This document shows positions 60,482-64,000 of a stretch of DNA of 64,000 nt, one piece after another; within the stretch, counting starts at the first letter, position 1, and each line of letters opens with the position of its first letter. The DNA comes from Candidatus Eiseniibacteriota bacterium (GTDB lineage: Bacteria > Eisenbacteria > RBG-16-71-46 > CAIMUX01): positions 195,964 to 259,963 of the forward strand of contig CAWHYG010000007.1 in assembly GCA_963833505.1 (NCBI GenBank), given 5' to 3'. Made by a program: the position numbers and the translations under genes. The notes beneath the pieces are model-generated. The model ran no database searches, was not told where the DNA came from, and saw only the letters and a program-made list of their open reading frames with translations.

Positions 60482-60982
60482 ATGAAGGGAGTCCGGATCG
60501 AGCGGATGGCCGAGGAGCTGCGGGCGCTCATCTCCGAAATCCTCCAGAACCGGGTCTCCGATCCGCGGCTCGGTCTCGTCGTGGTGACCCGGGTCGAGCC
60601 GTCCCGGGACATGGCGCACGCCCGCGTCTACGTGTCCTTCCTGGGGGATGAAAAGACGCAGGAAGCCAGTCTTCACGTGCTGGCGCATGCCGGAGGATTC
60701 GTCCGCCATGAGTTGGCGCGCCGCGCTCATCTCCGGCACGTCCCCGAGCTGGTGTTTCAGGCCGACCCCGGGATCCGCTACAGTTTCCGACTTCAGCAGA
60801 CCCTGAAGGAGCTGGGCCTCTCCGGCGAGGCCGGAGGCGAAGAGGAGCAGCCGGAGACCGGAGGCGGGCCGGTGGAGCCGCCGGAGACCGGAAGCGGGCC
60901 GGTGGAGCAGCCGGAGACCGGAAGCGGTCCGGTGTCGCCCCCGCCGGCCGATCCGGATTCCGGAGGCGATGAGGAGCCATGA
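60482..60982 (+). CDS. rbfA: ribosome-binding factor A, with repetitive Glu/Pro/Gly C-terminal tail
   Basis: In-frame ATG (residue 13 of ORF 60446..60982): MKGVRIERMAEELRALISEIL ... VTRVEPSRDMAHARVYVS ... VPELVFQAD; tail has PETG(G/S)GPVE x3. Confidence 0.85.
   Translation: MKGVRIERMAEELRALISEILQNRVSDPRLGLVVVTRVEPSRDMAHARVYVSFLGDEKTQEASLHVLAHAGGFVRHELARRAHLRHVPELVFQADPGIRYSFRLQQTLKELGLSGEAGGEEEQPETGGGPVEPPETGSGPVEQPETGSGPVSPPPADPDSGGDEEP
60838..60940 (+). repeat. 33-bp in-frame tandem repeat x3 in the rbfA 3' end
   Basis: gagcagccggagaccggaggcgggccggtg / gagccgccggagaccggaagcgggccggtg / gagcagccggagaccggaagcggtccggtg. Confidence 0.8.
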
Positions 60983-61947
60983 ACGCTGCGATCGACGCCG
61001 GGCTCGAGGCCGGGTTCGTCCTCAACATCCGGAAGGAGATTCCCTGGACCAGCCACGACGCGGTCGCCCGCGTGCGGCGGATTCTCGGGATCCGCGCGGT
61101 CGGCCATTGCGGAAGCCTGGATCCCCTGGCCGACGGCGTGCTGGTGGTGGGCGTGGGAAGGGGCACGAAGCTCGCCTCGCACATCATGGAGCTGCCCAAG
61201 GTCTATCGCGGGACCATGATCCTCGGCCGCCGCACCTCCACGGGCGATGCCGGTGGCGCGATCCTCGAAGAACGCGCGGCTCCGGCCCTGGATCAGGAAC
61301 AGCTCCGCAGCGTGGCCGCGGAGTTGGAGGGGCCCGGGATGCAGAAGCCGCCGATGGTGTCGGCCGTCAAGCAAGACGGCCGCCGGCTCTACGAGCTGGC
61401 GCGGAAAGGCATCCAGGTCGAACGGCCTGCGCGCTCGATCACGATCCATCGCTTCGAGATCGCAGGGTTCGACCCTCCGCGTGTCGATTTCGAGCTGGGG
61501 TGCAGCCGGGGCACCTACGTGCGAACCCTCGTCGAGGAGTTCGCCGGGCGCCTCGGGACGATCGCCTCCGTGGAGTGCCTGACCCGGACCCGCGTGGGGC
61601 ATTTCGCGATCGAGGATAGCTGCCGGATCACTTCGCCGCCCTGCTCGGAGGCGGCGGGCCTGAGGGAAAGGGCCATCGCGCCGGCGGAGGCGTTGAAGCA
61701 TCTTCCCGCGGCGAGAGTCGATCCCCACTGGGTCCGCAAGCTGCGGCAGGGACTGGCGCCGCCCTGGAGATGGCTCTCGCTCGATTCACCACCGGCGCCC
61801 GGTTCCACGCTGCGGCTGCTGGGGCCCGGAAGCGAGGCCCGGCCGGAGGGAGAGCTCCTGGCCATCGCGACCGTTGAAATGCTGCCGGGGCCGGCGGATC
61901 GACCGATCGAGCTGGCCAGCCTGCTCCGGCTGGAGCGCGTCCTCTGA
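60979..61947 (+). CDS. truB: tRNA pseudouridine(55) synthase
   Basis: ORF 60979..61947; GHCGSLDPLADGVLVVGVGRGTKL (catalytic Asp motif), KQDGRRLYELARKG. Confidence 0.9.
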   Translation: MNAAIDAGLEAGFVLNIRKEIPWTSHDAVARVRRILGIRAVGHCGSLDPLADGVLVVGVGRGTKLASHIMELPKVYRGTMILGRRTSTGDAGGAILEERAAPALDQEQLRSVAAELEGPGMQKPPMVSAVKQDGRRLYELARKGIQVERPARSITIHRFEIAGFDPPRVDFELGCSRGTYVRTLVEEFAGRLGTIASVECLTRTRVGHFAIEDSCRITSPPCSEAAGLRERAIAPAEALKHLPAARVDPHWVRKLRQGLAPPWRWLSLDSPPAPGSTLRLLGPGSEARPEGELLAIATVEMLPGPADRPIELASLLRLERVL

Positions 61948-61964
61948 AGGAGGCGCGATCGGCC

Positions 61965-62909
61965 GTGCGCTCAGGGATCCGCGGAGCCGCCCTGCCAACG
62001 GCAGTCGCCACGATCGGCGTCTTCGACGGCGTCCACCGCGGTCACCGGGCTCTGCTCGAGGTGGTGATCGAGCGTGCCCGGTCGCTTGGCGTCCCGTCGG
62101 TCGCGATCACCTTCCACCCCCATCCGGTGGCCGTCCTGGCTCCCCCGGGGCGCCGGCATCTTCTGAGCGGACCCCGGCTCAAGCTTCGATGGATCGGCGA
62201 GCTGGGTTGCCACGCCGTCTGGGTCCTTCCGTTCTCCCGGGACATGGCGGCACTGGCCCCGGCCGAGTTCCTGGACGGCCTGCTCCACGAGGTCGAGCTG
62301 GCCGAGCTGTGGATCGGCTACGATTTCCGCTTCGGCCGCGGGCGGGAAGGCGACGTCGATTTCCTGAGGAGGGCGGGGAAGGCGCGAGGCTTCGGGGTCC
62401 AGCAGTTCGGACCGGTGCATGAATCCGGCCGGGTCTTGAGCAGCTCCTGGGTGCGGGAAGCCCTGGCGCGAGGGGACGTGGACGAGGCGCGGGGGATTCT
62501 CGGCCACGAGTTCATCCTGGAAGGACCGGTGGGACGCGGTTTCGGAAAGGGAGCGAGGCTGCTGGTACCGACGGCGAACCTGGATCTTCCGGAGGAGCAG
62601 TTCCTGCCCGCCTACGGCGTCTACGCGGCCTGGGCCGAGTTCGACGGGCGGCCGCTCCCTGCCGTCATCAGCATCGGAGTCCGCCCGACCCTGTATGAAG
62701 ACGCGCCGCCGGTCGTGGAGGCGCACCTGATCGACTGGGAAGGGGATCTTCGCGGGAAGACGCTGGCCATCCATTTCGGGATCCGCCTCCGCGAGGAGCG
62801 GCGCTATCCCGATATCGACGCTCTCAGGGACGCGATCGCGGCCGACATCGCGGAGGCCAGGTCGTGGCTGGCAGGCCGGGAACCGATGGCGGTCGCGGCG
62901 GGCCGATGA
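61965..62909 (+). CDS. ribF: bifunctional riboflavin kinase / FMN adenylyltransferase
   Basis: ORF 61965..62909; VATIGVFDGVHRGHRALL (nucleotidyltransferase) and C-terminal riboflavin-kinase domain (GRGFGKGARLLVPTANLDL); aaggagg RBS. Confidence 0.9.
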   Translation: MRSGIRGAALPTAVATIGVFDGVHRGHRALLEVVIERARSLGVPSVAITFHPHPVAVLAPPGRRHLLSGPRLKLRWIGELGCHAVWVLPFSRDMAALAPAEFLDGLLHEVELAELWIGYDFRFGRGREGDVDFLRRAGKARGFGVQQFGPVHESGRVLSSSWVREALARGDVDEARGILGHEFILEGPVGRGFGKGARLLVPTANLDLPEEQFLPAYGVYAAWAEFDGRPLPAVISIGVRPTLYEDAPPVVEAHLIDWEGDLRGKTLAIHFGIRLREERRYPDIDALRDAIAADIAEARSWLAGREPMAVAAGR

Positions 62910-63069
62910 GAATCATGGCCGCAATATAAGGCGCGCCTCGTCCAAACAACGCGATTGAATCCGGGCGCAGATCCTGATACGGTGGCGGCTGATTATTGGC
63001 GCACACGCAGGGACCGCCGGAGGGTCCGACGGCCGGAGGTGCCGGCCGAGACGAACACGGAGGAAGGTA

Positions 63070-63339
63070 ATGCCTCTTTCAAAGGAAGAGAAGCAGGAGA
63101 TCATCAGCCGCTACAAGCTCCACGAGCTGGACTCGGGCAGCCCCGAAGTCCAGATCGCGCTCCTGACCGAGAAAATCCGTCACCTGACCGAGCATTTCAA
63201 GAAACACACCACCGATCATCACTCCCGCCGCGGACTTCTCCGGATGGTGGGGCGGCGCCGGAAGCTGCTCGATTACCTGAAGAACACGAAGGTCGAGAGC
63301 TACCGGAGCCTGGTCAAGGACCTGGGGCTGCGCCACTGA
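63070..63339 (+). CDS. rpsO: 30S ribosomal protein S15
   Basis: ORF 63070..63339, 89 aa; [46 protein letters not shown]... Confidence 0.95.
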   Translation: MPLSKEEKQEIISRYKLHELDSGSPEVQIALLTEKIRHLTEHFKKHTTDHHSRRGLLRMVGRRRKLLDYLKNTKVESYRSLVKDLGLRH

Positions 63340-63441
63340 TCGCGGTCTCCGATCCTCCCGCCGCCGTGCTGTTCCCCTGCCGGGGACGGCTCTATCCGGT
63401 TGTTTGCACATTTGACCAAGTCCGAACGGGAGAACTCTAAA

Positions 63442-64000
63442 ATGGAACACACTTTCAGCCTCGAACTGGGGGGCCGTACGCTCAGCATCGAAGTCGGACG
63501 CCTCGCCAAGCAGGCCTCCGGCTCCGCGCTCGTGCGCTACGGAGACACGGTCGTCCTGGCCACCGCCGTGGTCAGCAAGCAGGAAACGGAAAGGGACTTC
63601 CTTCCACTTCTCGTCGACTACCGGGAAAAGACCTATGCCGCCGGAAGGATCCCCGGTGGTTTTTTCAAGCGCGAGGGGCGGCCCAACGAGAAAGAGGTCC
63701 TGTCCTCGCGCCTGATCGACCGCAGCCTGCGCCCGCTCTTCGAGAAGTCGATCCGGTATGAGATCCAGATCTCCGCCGAGGTCCTCTCCTCCGACCAGGA
63801 AAACGACGGGGACACCCTGGGATTGATCGGCGCCTCCTGCGCGGCCTGCCTGAGCGACCTGCCTTTCCCCGGCCCGGTCGCGGCGGTCCGGATCGGTCTC
63901 GGAGAAAACGGATTCATCCTCAATCCCACCAGCTTCGACCTCGAAGCGAGCCGGATGAACATCGTCGTCGCCGGAACGGATGACTCCATCGTGATGGTCG
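63442..64000 (+). CDS. pnp: polynucleotide phosphorylase, N-terminal fragment (continues beyond window)
   Basis: ATG ~63442: MEHTFSLELGGRTLSIEVGRLAKQASGSALVRYGDTVVLATAV ... RPLF; frame open to window end. Confidence 0.95.
   Translation, partial: MEHTFSLELGGRTLSIEVGRLAKQASGSALVRYGDTVVLATAVVSKQETERDFLPLLVDYREKTYAAGRIPGGFFKREGRPNEKEVLSSRLIDRSLRPLFEKSIRYEIQISAEVLSSDQENDGDTLGLIGASCAACLSDLPFPGPVAAVRIGLGENGFILNPTSFDLEASRMNIVVAGTDDSIVMV

Noticed and set aside
62950-62990. Possible sigma70 promoter (TTGAAT ... TACGGT) upstream of rpsO
   Set aside because: The -10 match is weak and spacing uncertain; not confident enough to list as a feature.

Overview
High-GC (~70%) bacterial chromosomal window, dense with housekeeping operons on the + strand and a few accessory islands. 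Core operons recognised from the translated ORFs: arcC; hldA-hldC; sucC-sucD-ndk; yceD-rpmF-plsX-fabH-fabD-fabG-acpP-fabF-rnc; aroB-aroQ-accB-pilT-accC; lptF/lptG-like permeases; rimP-nusA-infB-DUF503-rbfA-truB-ribF-rpsO-pnp. Accessory content: (1) an antisense group II intron with a reverse-transcriptase/maturase ORF sitting exactly between the yceD stop and the rpmF ribosome-binding site; (2) a 197-bp tandem repeat array (3.2 copies) at 337-980; (3) a minus-strand, translationally coupled cluster of three TPR-fused GT-C glycosyltransferases plus an SGNH hydrolase, flanked by two lamin-tail-domain (LTD) secreted proteins; (4) a 2502-aa outer-membrane protein that I interpret as SprA-like (type IX secretion translocon), with internal in-frame repeats; (5) an ECF sigma / anti-sigma / PDZ-protease-like trio. 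Four genes show apparent single-base frameshifts, which may be assembly errors or real pseudogenes. The candidate for a less-described system is the LTD-protein plus TPR-glycosyltransferase cluster, possibly tied to SprA-dependent secretion; this is hypothesis only. All calls rest on reading the translations and sequence by eye; no database search was run. My manual base counting can be off by 1-2 nt where not anchored to the ORF track.
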